A stretch of 64,000 nucleotides of DNA from Candidatus Latescibacterota bacterium. Lineage in GTDB: Bacteria; Latescibacterota; UBA2968; UBA8231. Made by a program: the position numbers and the translations under genes. Below the pieces are notes generated by a model. That model was not told where the DNA came from. It worked only from the letters and a program-made list of their open reading frames with translations, and did not search any database. The DNA lies in the NCBI GenBank assembly GCA_965204725.1, contig OZ242005.1, positions 5,280,001-5,344,000 on the forward strand, in the 5' to 3' direction. How positions within the stretch are numbered: position 1 is the stretch's first letter; each line of letters opens with the position of its first letter. Below, in pieces: positions 27,597-37,687 of this stretch.

Positions 27597-29218
27597 CGCG
27601 GCTCCACGACGGTCAGCACCTGATCGGCGGCCAGATCGCTCAGCACCTGAACCACCCCGCTGGGCCAGCGCACTTCGAGCCGCTCGACGCGCTCGGCCCT
27701 GCCCAAGCCAAAGTGTAGCCGCAGATCGCTGTGGGACAAATAGCTCCCCCCGCTCTGCACCTCGGCATGCTGGCTCCGCCCGCCCGCACTGAGGATCACC
27801 CTCGCCCCAATCCCGTCGCGGTTGCTCGCCGTGCCCACCAAGCGCACCAGCAGGTAGCGGCCGGAGTCGGAGTCGTTGTGCAACAGAGTGGGCGGGCCGT
27901 TGAGATTGAGGATGAATAGGTCGATGTCGCCATCGCCATCGTAGTCGGCGAAACTCGTCCCGCGACTGACGCGGCTCAAGGCAAAGCCTGGGCCAGCGGC
28001 CGCCGACACCTCCACCAAGTGCCCGTCCCGGTTCTCAAACAGCGAGTTGGTTTGTTCGTAGCTGGAGTTGACCCGGGGCAGGTCGGCCTGTGGATAGGTG
28101 TGGCCGTTGGCGACGAAAAGATCGCGGTCGCCATCGTTGTCGTAGTCGAAAAAGCCCGTGCCCCACGAGACCAATTCGGCCGGGGCCGCTCCGATCCCCG
28201 CCGCAAAAGACACGTCGGCAAAAAAGCCCCCGCCCTCATTCCTATACAGCGCGTTGTACTCGTCGGCAAAATTGGTGGCGAAGAGGTCAAAGAGGCCGTC
28301 GTTGTCGTAATCGCCCCAAGCGGCCCCCATGCACCCTTGCGCCACCCCTTCCCCGCTGTACGCCACACCCGCCACGAGGCCCTCCGCCGCAAAGCGCCCG
28401 TCTTGGCGATTGCGAAAGAGCAGATTGGGCGTGGAGTCGTTGGCCACGAACAGATCGGGCCAGCCATCGTCGTCGTAGTCGCCGAACAGGGCACTCATGC
28501 CGTAGAACGCCTCGCCCTGTAAGCCGGCCTCTTTTCCGTACTCCGCAAAGGTGCCATCGCCCTCGTTGCGGTAAAACACATCCGCGGCCGGCAACAGGCC
28601 CACCGGCCCGCAGTACACCTTCACGTTCTTCCACAAGCAGGGTATCGGCGACTCGTAGTCCAAGGAGAAATCCACGTAATTGGCCACGTACAAATCTACG
28701 TCGCCATCGCGGTCGTAATCCCCAAAGCTCGCACCCGTGCCCCATCCGGTATCGCCCACGCCGGCCGCGACCGTCGCATCGGCAAAGCGGCCCGCGCCGC
28801 GGTTGCGATACAGGGTGTTGCGGCCAAAGTTGGTCACGTAGAGGTCGGTGTGGCCGTCGTTGTCGTAATCGGCGGCCGCGCATCCCATCGACCAGCTCGT
28901 ATCGCCCACGCCGGCTGCGGTCGTCACCTCGACAAAGCGGCCGCGGTCGTTGCGGTAGAGCAGATTGGCCGGATGCTCGCCAGCGGCAAAGCCGGCAAAG
29001 GAAGAGCCGTTAGTCACGTACAAATCCACGTCGCCATCGCGGTCGTAATCGAAAAAGGCGGCCCCGCCCATCATCCCCTCGACTATGTAGCTTTGGTCGG
29101 TCCCCGAGACATTGGGCTCCGTCAGGCCAGCGACCGCCGCCTGATCGACGAATTGCGCGGCGAGCGGCTCGCTCCACCCGCTAACGGCCCCCACGAGACC
29201 CAGCAGCAACGCCCCCAC
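27590..29218 (-). CDS. CRTAC1-family protein (FG-GAP/VCBS repeats + ASPIC/UnbV domain)
   Basis: Repeated DYDxDGxxDLYV; C-terminal SNRDGIGARV..GGSYLS..LHFGLG..VRWPSG; GTG start overlaps the upstream TAG. Confidence 0.9.
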   Translation of the reverse strand: MGALLLGLVGAVSGWSEPLAAQFVDQAAVAGLTEPNVSGTDQSYIVEGMMGGAAFFDYDRDGDVDLYVTNGSSFAGFAAGEHPANLLYRNDRGRFVEVTTAAGVGDTSWSMGCAAADYDNDGHTDLYVTNFGRNTLYRNRGAGRFADATVAAGVGDTGWGTGASFGDYDRDGDVDLYVANYVDFSLDYESPIPCLWKNVKVYCGPVGLLPAADVFYRNEGDGTFAEYGKEAGLQGEAFYGMSALFGDYDDDGWPDLFVANDSTPNLLFRNRQDGRFAAEGLVAGVAYSGEGVAQGCMGAAWGDYDNDGLFDLFATNFADEYNALYRNEGGGFFADVSFAAGIGAAPAELVSWGTGFFDYDNDGDRDLFVANGHTYPQADLPRVNSSYEQTNSLFENRDGHLVEVSAAAGPGFALSRVSRGTSFADYDGDGDIDLFILNLNGPPTLLHNDSDSGRYLLVRLVGTASNRDGIGARVILSAGGRSQHAEVQSGGSYLSHSDLRLHFGLGRAERVERLEVRWPSGVVQVLSDLAADQVLTVVEPRQ

Positions 29219-31038
29219 TATTCCTGCTCCACGACCAATACCCGATCGACCAACGTGCGGTGCCGCTCTTGCACGCTGCCATCGGGCCACGTGATCTCAA
29301 TCCGCTCCACGAGCGCGCAATCGCCCAAGCCAAAGTGCAATCGGCCATCGCTCGCCGACAGATAGGTGCCCCCGCCAATCCGCTGGCGCGTTTGTACTGT
29401 GCCGCCGCAGAATACCCGCACCCGCGCCCCCACCGCGTCGCGATTGGCCCGCGTCCCCACCAGTTGCAGGGACAACCAGTTATGGGCCGCCCGCAGGTCG
29501 TTGCGGTACAGCCGCGCCGCGGCATTGACGTTGGTCACCAGCGCGTCCAAGTCGCCGTCGTTGTCGTAATCGCCATAAGCGGCCCCGCGCGACACTGCGG
29601 CCAGCTCAAAGGCCGGGCCGCTACGGGCCGACACGTCGGCAAAGGCACCATGGCCATCGTTGGCGAAAAGCTGGTTGGGCTGGGCGTAGCTCAACGCGGA
29701 GTCCTGCAAGGCAATGCGGTCGAGGACATGGCCGTTGGCTACGAACAAATCTACGTCGGCGTCGTTGTCGGCATCGGCAAAAAACGCACCAAATCCCAGC
29801 GGCAGTAAGGTCGCGCCCTGTAGGCCAGCGGCCTCGGTCGCATCGACAAAGCGGCCGCCGCCCTCGTTGCGGTACAGGGTGTTGCTCTCGCGGGAAAAGT
29901 TGGTCACTAACAGGTCGGCATCGCCATCGGCATCGCCGTCGCCGACCGCAATCCCCATGCCGGCCTCGGCTTGGCCGGCGTCGTTGTACGCGGCCCCAGC
30001 CGCCAACCCGGCCTCAGCAAACGTGCCGTCGCCGCGGTTGCGATAGAAAAAATTGCGCGTACCGTCGTTGGCCACATACACATCGAGATAGCCATCGGAG
30101 TCAAAATCAGCGGCCGCGACCCCTAGCCCCTTGCCAAAAGGACTGAAGACCCCGCTGGCCCGCGCCACTTCGGAGAAATGCCCGTCCCCCTCGTTGCGAA
30201 AGAGTGCGTCGGGCGCGCCGTTGTAGCGCCTCGGGCTGCAATAGGTCCGCTGGCCGGCCGGAACGCGCAAGGTGGCCCCGGCGCTGGCGACCGCGCCGCC
30301 GCACAAGCGGTTGGTGCCCGGCGTCAAGTCGAGGTAATTCGTCACGTAGAGATCGAGATCGCCGTCGTTGTCGCAGTCGAAAAAGGCCGCGCTCGTACTC
30401 CAGTGGGGGTCGGCCACGCCAGCCGCCTGCGCCCGCTCGGCAAAGGTTCCGTCCTCCTGATTCCGATAGAAGGCATTGCGGCCATAGTTGGTCACGTAGA
30501 GATCGGCGCGACCGTCGTTGTCGTAATCGCCGACCGCGCACCCCATGCCGTAGCCCAAATCGCCGGTCGCGGTTTGCGCGGTGACCTCGCGGAAGGTGCC
30601 GCCCGCATTCTGGTAAAGGCGATTTTGCGTCTGGCCCAAGCCGGGCGCTTGACGCCACGCCAGCACCAGAGTATCCACTCGGCCGTCGTAGCGCAGGGGC
30701 GGCCGGAAATCCTCAACGACCCAAGTGCCCGCTGAATCGCCAGCCACGAGATTGATCGGCGTCAAATGCTCCCGCCACGGCGACAGGTCGAAGCCATCCA
30801 CTAGATAGACATCCAGCCAGCCATCGTTGTCCCAGTCGAAAAAGGCCGCGCCGGCCCCCATCGTCTCAATCAGGAAGTAATCGCCGCTGGCGCCGCTGGT
30901 GTGGCGGAAATCCAGCCCGACCTCGGCCGCCACCTCAACGAAAAAGGCCGCGGGCTCGGGCGCAGCACAGCCGCAGCACAGGAGGGAAAAAACCAAGATC
31001 GGGAGCAAAGTGGATGGATAAGGGGCGTAGCTATTCAC
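29218..31038 (-). CDS. CRTAC1-family lipoprotein (FG-GAP repeats + ASPIC/UnbV)
   Basis: DWDNDGWLDVY and DYDNDG repeats; ANRDAVGARV..LHFGLG..ITWPDG. Confidence 0.9.
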   Translation of the reverse strand: MNSYAPYPSTLLPILVFSLLCCGCAAPEPAAFFVEVAAEVGLDFRHTSGASGDYFLIETMGAGAAFFDWDNDGWLDVYLVDGFDLSPWREHLTPINLVAGDSAGTWVVEDFRPPLRYDGRVDTLVLAWRQAPGLGQTQNRLYQNAGGTFREVTAQTATGDLGYGMGCAVGDYDNDGRADLYVTNYGRNAFYRNQEDGTFAERAQAAGVADPHWSTSAAFFDCDNDGDLDLYVTNYLDLTPGTNRLCGGAVASAGATLRVPAGQRTYCSPRRYNGAPDALFRNEGDGHFSEVARASGVFSPFGKGLGVAAADFDSDGYLDVYVANDGTRNFFYRNRGDGTFAEAGLAAGAAYNDAGQAEAGMGIAVGDGDADGDADLLVTNFSRESNTLYRNEGGGRFVDATEAAGLQGATLLPLGFGAFFADADNDADVDLFVANGHVLDRIALQDSALSYAQPNQLFANDGHGAFADVSARSGPAFELAAVSRGAAYGDYDNDGDLDALVTNVNAAARLYRNDLRAAHNWLSLQLVGTRANRDAVGARVRVFCGGTVQTRQRIGGGTYLSASDGRLHFGLGDCALVERIEITWPDGSVQERHRTLVDRVLVVEQE

Positions 31039-31163
31039 CGCAAAAAAATAAGCCCTACCCCAAGTGCGCGACAGTAAAATGGGTTCATATTGTTGGGCGT
31101 AATCCAGTCGATACGGTGGCGCGTAAGGGTAGATTACGGTACAAGGCGGCGCGGTCCTAGCCG

Positions 31164-32270
31164 CTACCGGCTAGCGTAAGGATCGGCTGCGTCCCGCATC
31201 CCATCGCCGACCACGTTGAAGGCCAAGACCGCGACGACCACGAAAAGCCCGGGCAGCAACAGCCACGGCGCCATAGCCACGGCCTGAAAATTTTGCGCCT
31301 TTTGCAGCAACACGCCCCAGCTAACTACGGGAGCCCGCAGCCCAATCCCCAAAAAACTCAGCGCGGTCTCGCCGAGAATCATGCCGGGAACCGCGAGGGT
31401 GGCCGACGTAATCACGTGGCTGAGGAACGACGGCAGCAGGTGCTTGAAAATGATTTTCAACTCGCTGGTCCCCGATAGGCGGGCGGCGACCACAAAATCC
31501 TCGTCGCGCAACGACAGAAAGCGACCGCGCACCACCCGTGCTAACCCGGTCCAGCCCATCAGCGAGAGAATGATGGTGACGCCAAAGTAAATCCGCAGCG
31601 GCGGCCAATGCGCTGGCAGCGCCGCGCTCAATGCCATCCACAGCGGCAGTTGCGGCACGGCCATCAGGACCTCGATCATGCGCTGCACCACCACATCGAC
31701 CCAGCCGCTGTAATAACCAGCCAAGCCTCCCAGCAGGATGCCGATGAGGAAGGTCAAGGCCACGCCGATCAGCCCAATGGTCAGCGAAATGCGCGCCCCA
31801 TATATGATTCGGCTGAAGAGATCGCGGCCCAAGTCGTCGGTGCCAAAGAGGAACAACGGCCCGCTGCCCGCGCCGAACAGGTGCAAGTCCGCGGCAAAAA
31901 GCCCCCAAAATTCGTAGGCCGGGCCGCGCACAAAAAAGCGGATGGGATACACGGCCTCGGTATCGACCAGATACTCGCGCTGCCACGGGCCGGCGGTCGA
32001 GTCTTGCCGCACGCCGTGGACAAAGGGACGCCAGTGAAAGTGCCCCTCGCCATCGAAGAAGCGGATCTCCTGCGGCGGGCAGAGGACGTACTGGGCGTGG
32101 CGCTGGTCGGGCTGGTAAGGCGAGATAAATTCGCACAGGGCCGCGAGCCCGTAGAGTGCGATCAGGGCCGCACTACCGGCTAGGGCCAGCCGATGGCGGC
32201 GAAAGCGCAGCCACATCAGCCGCCACTGCGAGGCGTCGGCCAGTTGGGCCGCGGGGCGAGCTTCACTCAT
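31164..32270 (-). CDS. Peptide/nickel ABC transporter permease (DppC/OppC-like)
   Basis: LFGTDDLGRDLFSRIIYGARISL; DFVVAARLSG; ETALSFLGIG; GDGMRDAADP. Confidence 0.92.
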   Translation of the reverse strand: MSEARPAAQLADASQWRLMWLRFRRHRLALAGSAALIALYGLAALCEFISPYQPDQRHAQYVLCPPQEIRFFDGEGHFHWRPFVHGVRQDSTAGPWQREYLVDTEAVYPIRFFVRGPAYEFWGLFAADLHLFGAGSGPLFLFGTDDLGRDLFSRIIYGARISLTIGLIGVALTFLIGILLGGLAGYYSGWVDVVVQRMIEVLMAVPQLPLWMALSAALPAHWPPLRIYFGVTIILSLMGWTGLARVVRGRFLSLRDEDFVVAARLSGTSELKIIFKHLLPSFLSHVITSATLAVPGMILGETALSFLGIGLRAPVVSWGVLLQKAQNFQAVAMAPWLLLPGLFVVVAVLAFNVVGDGMRDAADPYASR

Positions 32271-33246
32271 AGCGGATGCGCGGGTCGGCAATGGCCAAGA
32301 GAATGTCCGACAGCAGGGTGCCTATTACCGTCAGGACGCTGAGCACGAGGAGGAAACTGCCCGCCAAATACATGTCTTGGTTGCGGAGGGATTCGAGCAG
32401 CAAGGGGCCGGTCGTCGGCAGGCTCAACACCACGCTGGTGATGGCCGAGCCGGAGATCAGGTGCGGCAGCATCCAGCCGACTGTGCTGATAAAGGGATTG
32501 ATGGCAATGCGCAACGGGTACTTAATCACCAAGCGGACCGGGCCGAGGCCCTTGGCCAGCGCGGTCGTCACGTAGGGCTTGCCTAGCTCGTCGAGGAGAT
32601 TGGCCCGCATGATCCGCATCAGCCCGGCCATGCCGGCCGTGCCGATGACCACGGCCGGGATCCACAGATGCCCGAGCAAGTCGGCGAACTTGGCCAAGCT
32701 CCACGGCGCACTCGCGTATTCGGGAGAAAACAACCCACCCACGGCGATCCCAAACCACTCGTATCCCAAGTACATCAAAACCAGCGCGAGCAGGAAGTTG
32801 GGAGTCGCCAAGCCGACGAAGGCCGCGAGGGTGGCCGTGTAGTCGAGCACTGAGTACTGGCGCAGAGCCGAATAGACGCCCACCGGGAAGGCCACCAGCC
32901 AAGTCAACAAGGTCGCGGTCGAGGTGATCAGCAAGGTGTAGCCAAGCCGCTCCCAGATCAGGTTGTTGACCGACTGGCCGTACATCACCGAATAGCCCAT
33001 ATCGCCTTGTAGGAAGCCGCCCATCCACTTGCAGTATTGGATGAACAGCGGGTCGTCGAGGTGGTAGCGGGCGCGCAGGGCGGCGATTTGTTCCTCGGAT
33101 ATGTCTTGGCCCTCGGCCTGTAGCTCTTGCAGGCGCGACGTGATGATGTCCCCGGGCGGCAACTGGATGACGACGAAGACCAGCACCGAGACGGCCAGCA
33201 GCGTGGGGATCATAATCAGGACGCGGCGGATGATGTAGTTGATCAT
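32263..33246 (-). CDS. Peptide/nickel ABC transporter permease (DppB/OppB-like)
   Basis: MINYIIRRVLIMIPTL..QLPPGD; YVTTALAKGL; DILLAIADPRIRY; ATGA overlap with the binding-protein gene. Confidence 0.92.
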   Translation of the reverse strand: MINYIIRRVLIMIPTLLAVSVLVFVVIQLPPGDIITSRLQELQAEGQDISEEQIAALRARYHLDDPLFIQYCKWMGGFLQGDMGYSVMYGQSVNNLIWERLGYTLLITSTATLLTWLVAFPVGVYSALRQYSVLDYTATLAAFVGLATPNFLLALVLMYLGYEWFGIAVGGLFSPEYASAPWSLAKFADLLGHLWIPAVVIGTAGMAGLMRIMRANLLDELGKPYVTTALAKGLGPVRLVIKYPLRIAINPFISTVGWMLPHLISGSAITSVVLSLPTTGPLLLESLRNQDMYLAGSFLLVLSVLTVIGTLLSDILLAIADPRIRYE

Positions 33247-35219
33247 GGCTCCGTTTGCCGTAGATACCAAGTCTCTGGATAGTACGGCCAAGACCAGCGC
33301 GAATCCCACCCCCAATAGCCCTGTCGCGGGACATTGCGCAGCCGATTGCTAACGATGACGGGGTGTGGCCCTAGGCCGATGATGCCGAGTGCCCACAGGT
33401 TTTCAGCTTGGCTCTGGAGAATTTTCTTGCCCATAGCGATGCGCTCTTGGAGGTCCGATGTGCGGCGGAGCACCTCCCACCAAGCGATTAGCTCGCGGAC
33501 TTTGGCCGGCGGCATCCAGCCGCGCCCTCCGTCCGACAAGTACCATCGCGACCACTCCGGCCATTGGGTCACCTCCTGCCCCACGTGCATGGGCACGTAC
33601 CAAAAAGGCTCGATGGGAAAGAGAATGTCGGCGTTGCGATCGGCGTGCCAGATGCTCATGTCCATAACGCCGCCTCGGGTGCGGATGCCTTGCAGGGCGC
33701 CGCTTATTTGCTTGCGGTTGATGTGCAGCCCCACCTCTCGCCAGTGGGCCGTTACCAAGTCCACAGAGACTTGCTTAGGCGTCTCCCCAAGCGTGTACTC
33801 CAGCGTGATTTCGAGAGGGCGACCATCGGGATGCTCGCGCCGGCCGTCGCCGTCGCGGTCTATCAGCCCCATCTCGTCGAGCAAGGCGCGGGCGCGCGGC
33901 GGGTCGTGCTCGGCCCAAGCCGCGGCAAAGGCCGGCTCAAAGTAGCGGCTCGACGGTACGACCGTCAACTGCCGAGGAATGCCTTGCCCGTAATAGGCAA
34001 TGTCGTTGATCTCGGCGCGGTCAATGGCCAGCGAGAGGGCGCGGCGAAAGCGCACGTCTTGAAAAATTTGCCTGAGACGCTCATCGGGGTGGGTCATGTT
34101 GACCATCAGAGCCACGTCCGAGCCGTAGGGACGGGGCCAGAGGTACGTCGCATAGCCGTTGTCTCGTTCAAAGCGCTTAAACAGCGGGATGTCGGCGGTC
34201 TTAAACTGCCGCCCGGCAAAATCGACCTGCCCGGTGGCGGCCTTGGCCGCCATGATCTCGGAGCTGTCAACCCGCTGGACTTCGAGGTAATCTATATAGG
34301 GCAACTGGTTGCCGGCTGGATCGACTTTGGGGTAATAGGGGTTGCGGCGATAGCGGACCCGCGTCGAGGTCTTGCTGACCACCACATAAGCGGTCTGCAC
34401 CGGCTTGTGAAAGACCATTAGGTCGCGCGTATTGACAACGGCTTGGAAGTAGGTGCGCCAGTCTTGCAGGCCGAGCTCTGCTGCTTGGCGCGCTAGCTGG
34501 TCCGCATCGGTAAAGTCGGGGTGATAGCGGCGCATAAAGTGCGCCGGTGCCGACAGATGCGAGCTGTTGTGGGCGAGGTGCTTGACAAAAAGCGGCATCG
34601 GCTGGGGAAAGTGATAACTAAAAAGGTGGGGACCGTGTTTTTCGATGCGGGCCCCCTTAAAGCGGGGCGATACTACGGGCGTGAGGCTTTTGTTCTTATG
34701 GACGCGGTCGAACCAAAAGACAAAGTCGTCGGCCGTCACCGGGTGCCCGTCAGACCACTTGTGGCCGGGCCGGAGGAAAACCGTCAGGGTCTGCGCGTCG
34801 TTGTGGTACTCGACGCGCTCGGCAAAGTTGGGCAGCGTTAGCTGGAGCTGAGGGCCGGGGCGCAGGGTTCCTTCGGGCACGTTGAGGAGCTGTTCGCCGG
34901 CGAGGAAGAGCCGAGCGGTGCCCCCATAAGTCCCAATCCCGTCGAGGGGCTCGACGACAATCGGGTCGTCGGGGAGCCGCTCCTCCACCGGCGGCAACTC
35001 GCCGGCCGCTACCAGTTCGTCGAGCACGGGCGACTGGCGGAAGGTCGTCAAGCCGATTTCCGAGGCCGTGCGCGGCGGGTGGAACCAGCTTTCGGGCCAC
35101 GCGGTGCGCGGGATGTCGCCCCCGGCCGGCGGGGGCGACGCTTCACTTGCCTGACCGCATCCTACTAGGGCCGCGAGCACCAGCAGGAACCCGGCCTGCA
35201 CTGCATTTACAAGCGTCAT
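33243..35219 (-). CDS. ABC transporter substrate-binding lipoprotein, family 5
   Basis: LVGC lipobox; GELPPVEERLPDDP; KWSDGHPVTADD; RNPYYPKVDPAGNQLPYID; FRRALSLAIDR. Confidence 0.92.
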   Translation of the reverse strand: MTLVNAVQAGFLLVLAALVGCGQASEASPPPAGGDIPRTAWPESWFHPPRTASEIGLTTFRQSPVLDELVAAGELPPVEERLPDDPIVVEPLDGIGTYGGTARLFLAGEQLLNVPEGTLRPGPQLQLTLPNFAERVEYHNDAQTLTVFLRPGHKWSDGHPVTADDFVFWFDRVHKNKSLTPVVSPRFKGARIEKHGPHLFSYHFPQPMPLFVKHLAHNSSHLSAPAHFMRRYHPDFTDADQLARQAAELGLQDWRTYFQAVVNTRDLMVFHKPVQTAYVVVSKTSTRVRYRRNPYYPKVDPAGNQLPYIDYLEVQRVDSSEIMAAKAATGQVDFAGRQFKTADIPLFKRFERDNGYATYLWPRPYGSDVALMVNMTHPDERLRQIFQDVRFRRALSLAIDRAEINDIAYYGQGIPRQLTVVPSSRYFEPAFAAAWAEHDPPRARALLDEMGLIDRDGDGRREHPDGRPLEITLEYTLGETPKQVSVDLVTAHWREVGLHINRKQISGALQGIRTRGGVMDMSIWHADRNADILFPIEPFWYVPMHVGQEVTQWPEWSRWYLSDGGRGWMPPAKVRELIAWWEVLRRTSDLQERIAMGKKILQSQAENLWALGIIGLGPHPVIVSNRLRNVPRQGYWGWDSRWSWPYYPETWYLRQTEP

Positions 35220-35337
35220 ATTGGATAGAAGGTAGCGAAAAGCAAAGCCAACAGTCTAAAGAGAGCGCACTCGTTGCGCCAGAAGGCGCAGCGGCCTACC
35301 TTCCTTAGAGACTAACACAGCGCGAGGAGGTGGCGAT

Positions 35338-35676
35338 ATGAAACTGCTAATATGCGTAGTCCGGCCCAACGCATTAGACGCGATCAAAGAGGCGTTGAGC
35401 GGGTTGGGCATCCAAGGCATAACGGTCAGCGAAGTCAAGGGTTTTGGCCGCCAGAAGGGCCATAAGGAGATATACCGCGGTGCCGAGTACGTCGTCGATT
35501 TTACCCCCAAGATCAAGGTCGAAGTGGTGGTCAGGGACGACCTCGCCGAGCAGTGCTTGAGCACTGTGCGCGAGGCCGCGCAAACCGGGCGCATCGGCGA
35601 CGGCAAAATTTTTATGCTATCGGTGGATGAAGTAGTGAGGATTCGCACCGGGGAAACCGGCGACGCGGCTGTTTAG
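35338..35676 (+). CDS. glnB: Nitrogen regulatory protein P-II (GlnB/GlnK family)
   Basis: 112 aa; GFGRQKGH.EIYRGAEY T-loop; TGRIGDGKIF; RIRTGE; GAGGAGG RBS. Confidence 0.93.
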   Translation: MKLLICVVRPNALDAIKEALSGLGIQGITVSEVKGFGRQKGHKEIYRGAEYVVDFTPKIKVEVVVRDDLAEQCLSTVREAAQTGRIGDGKIFMLSVDEVVRIRTGETGDAAV

Positions 35677-35701
35677 CATCCGGCGACAGAGGTTCGACGA
35701 C

Positions 35702-35735
35702 GCGGCTGCACCCATACCGGGTGTGGCCGCTTTCT
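35702..35735 (+). terminator. Probable terminator after glnB
   Basis: Stem GCGGCTGCACCC/GGGTGTGGCCGC (G-U pairs) followed by TTTCT. Confidence 0.6.
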
Positions 35736-35915
35736 CCTAACAGGCAGGGCGTGAAAAGAGCAGAGAGCACAGGGATAGCATCCCGGCTTTCCGTCCGGGC
35801 CAGTTAAGAGAAGGCACTAGAGAAAATGCGGGACGGGCGGCCGTTGACCTTGCGAGGTCTGTCGGATCCGATCCCGAAATGGGCTTTAAGGGCCCTTCGT
35901 CAGAAAGAGGATAAG

Positions 35916-37088
35916 ATGGACGAAAACGGACAATCTTGGTTTGAAGATTACGCAGAAGACGCGGACGAGGTACAAGTCGAGGAGTACGACATTACCGTAT
36001 CTCCCAACGATTTCAACGTAATGACGTTGCACAGCTTCGTGGAATCTGGTGCGGTACGCATTCCCGGCTTTCAGCGCAACTTCGTCTGGGATTTAGGGCG
36101 TGCCTCTAAATTGATCGAATCCCTCATACTCGGCCTACCAGTACCACAACTGTTCCTTTACGAACAGGAGCATAACAAGTTTCTCGTCATAGATGGCCAA
36201 CAGCGCCTGATGTCGATTTACTATTTTATTAAGAAGCGGTTCCCGCGGAGGGAACGCCGAGTAGAACTTCGCTCTATATTTGATAGCAAGGGGGACATTC
36301 CAGAAGAAGTACTGAACGACGACGGCTATTTTCAGTCCTTCAATCTCCGGCTGCATGAAAAAATTCCCAATCATCCAAACAAGTTCAAGGGCCTGAACTA
36401 CTCCACGCTTGGAGACTACAAGCACCAGTTCGATTTGCGGCCAATAAGAAATATCGTCGTCAAACAGAACACGCCCGATGACCACTCTTCAATATATGAG
36501 ATATTTAACCGGCTCAACACGGGTGGTATAACCCTGAGTCCGCAAGAGATTCGCACTAGCCTATATCACTCTGAATTCTATAATTTACTGTACGAGATTA
36601 ACAATATGCAGGGGTGGAGGAGAATTTTGGGACAGTCCGAACCTGCTTTGCATATGCAGGACACTGAATTTCTTCTCCGCGGATTCGCCACGCTTGTCGA
36701 TGGTGAGAATTATGCGCCGTCCTTAGCCAAGTTCTTGAATCAGTTTTCCAATAAATGTAAAAATCAACGTCCAACGCAGAATGAGTACTGCCGAAAACTC
36801 TTTGAATCATTCCTAAAGGCATGCTCTAATCTGCCGAATGATGCCTTCAAAAATAAGAGAAACAATCGCTTCAATGTTGCGCTCTATGAGTCAGTTTTTA
36901 CGGTTGTCTGTGAGAAGGCATTTGCAGAACGACGCGTCGTCGCTGGTGAAATAGACATAGAGCACCTGCAAGCTCTCGAAAAAGACAAGGAGTTCGCTGA
37001 AGCGAGCCGAGCAAGGACTACGGACACCTCAAATGTGCATAAGAGACTGAACAGGGCACGAGAACTTGTGGGGGGAGCCGAATTCTGA
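35916..37088 (+). CDS. DUF262 (ParB/Srx-like, GmrSD N-terminal) domain protein
   Basis: Family motifs FQRNFVW, IESLILGLPVP, VIDGQQRL and IFNRLNTGG; start MDENG after AGAGG; visibly AT-richer than its flanks. Confidence 0.9.
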   Translation: MDENGQSWFEDYAEDADEVQVEEYDITVSPNDFNVMTLHSFVESGAVRIPGFQRNFVWDLGRASKLIESLILGLPVPQLFLYEQEHNKFLVIDGQQRLMSIYYFIKKRFPRRERRVELRSIFDSKGDIPEEVLNDDGYFQSFNLRLHEKIPNHPNKFKGLNYSTLGDYKHQFDLRPIRNIVVKQNTPDDHSSIYEIFNRLNTGGITLSPQEIRTSLYHSEFYNLLYEINNMQGWRRILGQSEPALHMQDTEFLLRGFATLVDGENYAPSLAKFLNQFSNKCKNQRPTQNEYCRKLFESFLKACSNLPNDAFKNKRNNRFNVALYESVFTVVCEKAFAERRVVAGEIDIEHLQALEKDKEFAEASRARTTDTSNVHKRLNRARELVGGAEF

Positions 37089-37663
37089 TGAGTGTTATTG
37101 ATGGCTTACACAAGGATTTCTCTGATATACTGACCTTCTTGTATAAGTCAGGCGAAATTTCATGGCGCAGTGTTGCAGATGAAAACTTCAGGAAAGTATT
37201 GTTAGTAGCTGCCGCGAGCCATTTTGAACGGTCTATGACGGAGGTAGTGGTCAATTTTGTGGAACAGGTTACTGCAAAAGATCATCCTATAAAGTGGCTT
37301 GTGCAAAACAAAGCAGTGAGTCGTCAGTACCACACATGGTTTGATTGGGAGAAGAAGAATGCCAATAGGTTTTTTGGTCTATTTGGAGATTCCTTCAAGA
37401 ATCACATAGCGGAAAAGGTGAAAATGAGTAACGACGTAGAACTATCTATACAGGCATTCTTAGAAATTGGCCGTGAGAGAAATCGTCTTGTTCATGGCGA
37501 CTATGGCAGCTTCTCACTTGAGAAAACCTCCGAAGAAATATATAAACTCTACTCTGATGCGAAGGCTTTCGTAGAATGGTTCCCAGATGAACTCAATAGG
37601 TTCACTGAAGAAGAATCACTGGACAGACGATTACCGCTTGCGGTGGGCAACCGTAGGCCGTAG
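37088..37663 (+). CDS. HEPN-domain protein (RiboL-PSP-HEPN/MAE_28990-like), putative RNase
   Basis: Helical; LVAAASHFE motif and Rx4H motif RNRLVH; TGATG translational coupling to DUF262. Confidence 0.8.
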   Translation: MSVIDGLHKDFSDILTFLYKSGEISWRSVADENFRKVLLVAAASHFERSMTEVVVNFVEQVTAKDHPIKWLVQNKAVSRQYHTWFDWEKKNANRFFGLFGDSFKNHIAEKVKMSNDVELSIQAFLEIGRERNRLVHGDYGSFSLEKTSEEIYKLYSDAKAFVEWFPDELNRFTEEESLDRRLPLAVGNRRP

Positions 37664-37687
37664 GTAGAAAGGCGATGAAGGAAGGCT

